Positions 29,125-29,340 of a stretch of 29,340 nucleotides of DNA are shown piece after piece. This stretch comes from Terrimicrobiaceae bacterium (GTDB taxonomy: Bacteria > Verrucomicrobiota > Verrucomicrobiia > Chthoniobacterales > Terrimicrobiaceae), in assembly GCA_044342325.1 (NCBI GenBank), contig JBIIPZ010000036.1:1-29340 (forward strand), written 5' to 3'. The notes beneath the pieces are model-generated. The model did not search any database and had not been told where the DNA came from. It saw only the letters and a program-made list of their open reading frames with translations. The position numbers and the translations under genes were made by a program. The number at the start of each line of letters is the position of its first letter. Positions within the stretch are counted from its first letter, which is position 1.

Positions 29125-29268
29125 TTGTTGACGGCTTGAGATGCCCTTAGAATCAACCTCTGCGAGCTTCCTGCTGAAAAATTTTCTTCCGCGAAAGAGG
29201 TGCCCGGAAAAATAATTTTCGAAAAGCTATTGACCAAATTCGGAAGTGTCATATGGTCTTCACCCCGC
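29125..29268 (+). promoter_or_regulatory. Tandem sigma70 promoters, rRNA-operon-like
   Basis: TTGTTG-17-TAGAAT (29125-29153) and TTGACC-16-TATGGT (29230-29257), each preceded by A/T tracts. The second is followed by GC-rich CACCCCGC. Confidence 0.55.
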
Positions 29269-29340
29269 TGGCATCACTGCCTAGCGGAAACGATCTCAAG
29301 CGAATCTCTAAAAACGTCGGTCGCAAGGCTGAATCAAGCC

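Overview
Bacterial chromosomal window, probably from a PVC-superphylum (Verrucomicrobiota-like) organism. This is an inference from SD-less, pyrimidine-rich start contexts and protein style. From left to right: (i) an apparently acquired EcoR124-like (type IC) restriction-modification locus, hsdM-rhuM-hsdS', whose hsdS is cut off by a probable insertion-sequence end at the window edge; (ii) a hairpin-rich intergenic region and ppdK; (iii) a divergent ROK kinase and leuB, then mreB-mreC-mreD-mrdA-rng without rodA; (iv) a SEC-C/helical-repeat protein with coding tandem repeats, an intact hipBA module and a convergent ArfB-like/YkgJ pair; (v) a ~9 kb sugar-redox cluster (4 Gfo/Idh/MocA oxidoreductases, 2 xylose-isomerase-like TIM barrels, ThuA, 2 divergent AraC regulators sharing a promoter motif) resembling non-hydrolytic 3-keto-glycoside cleavage pathways; (vi) an internally deleted IS1634-like remnant and tandem promoters resembling an rRNA-operon leader at the right edge. 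No tRNA, rRNA or CRISPR array was seen. All family calls come from motif recognition, not database searches.
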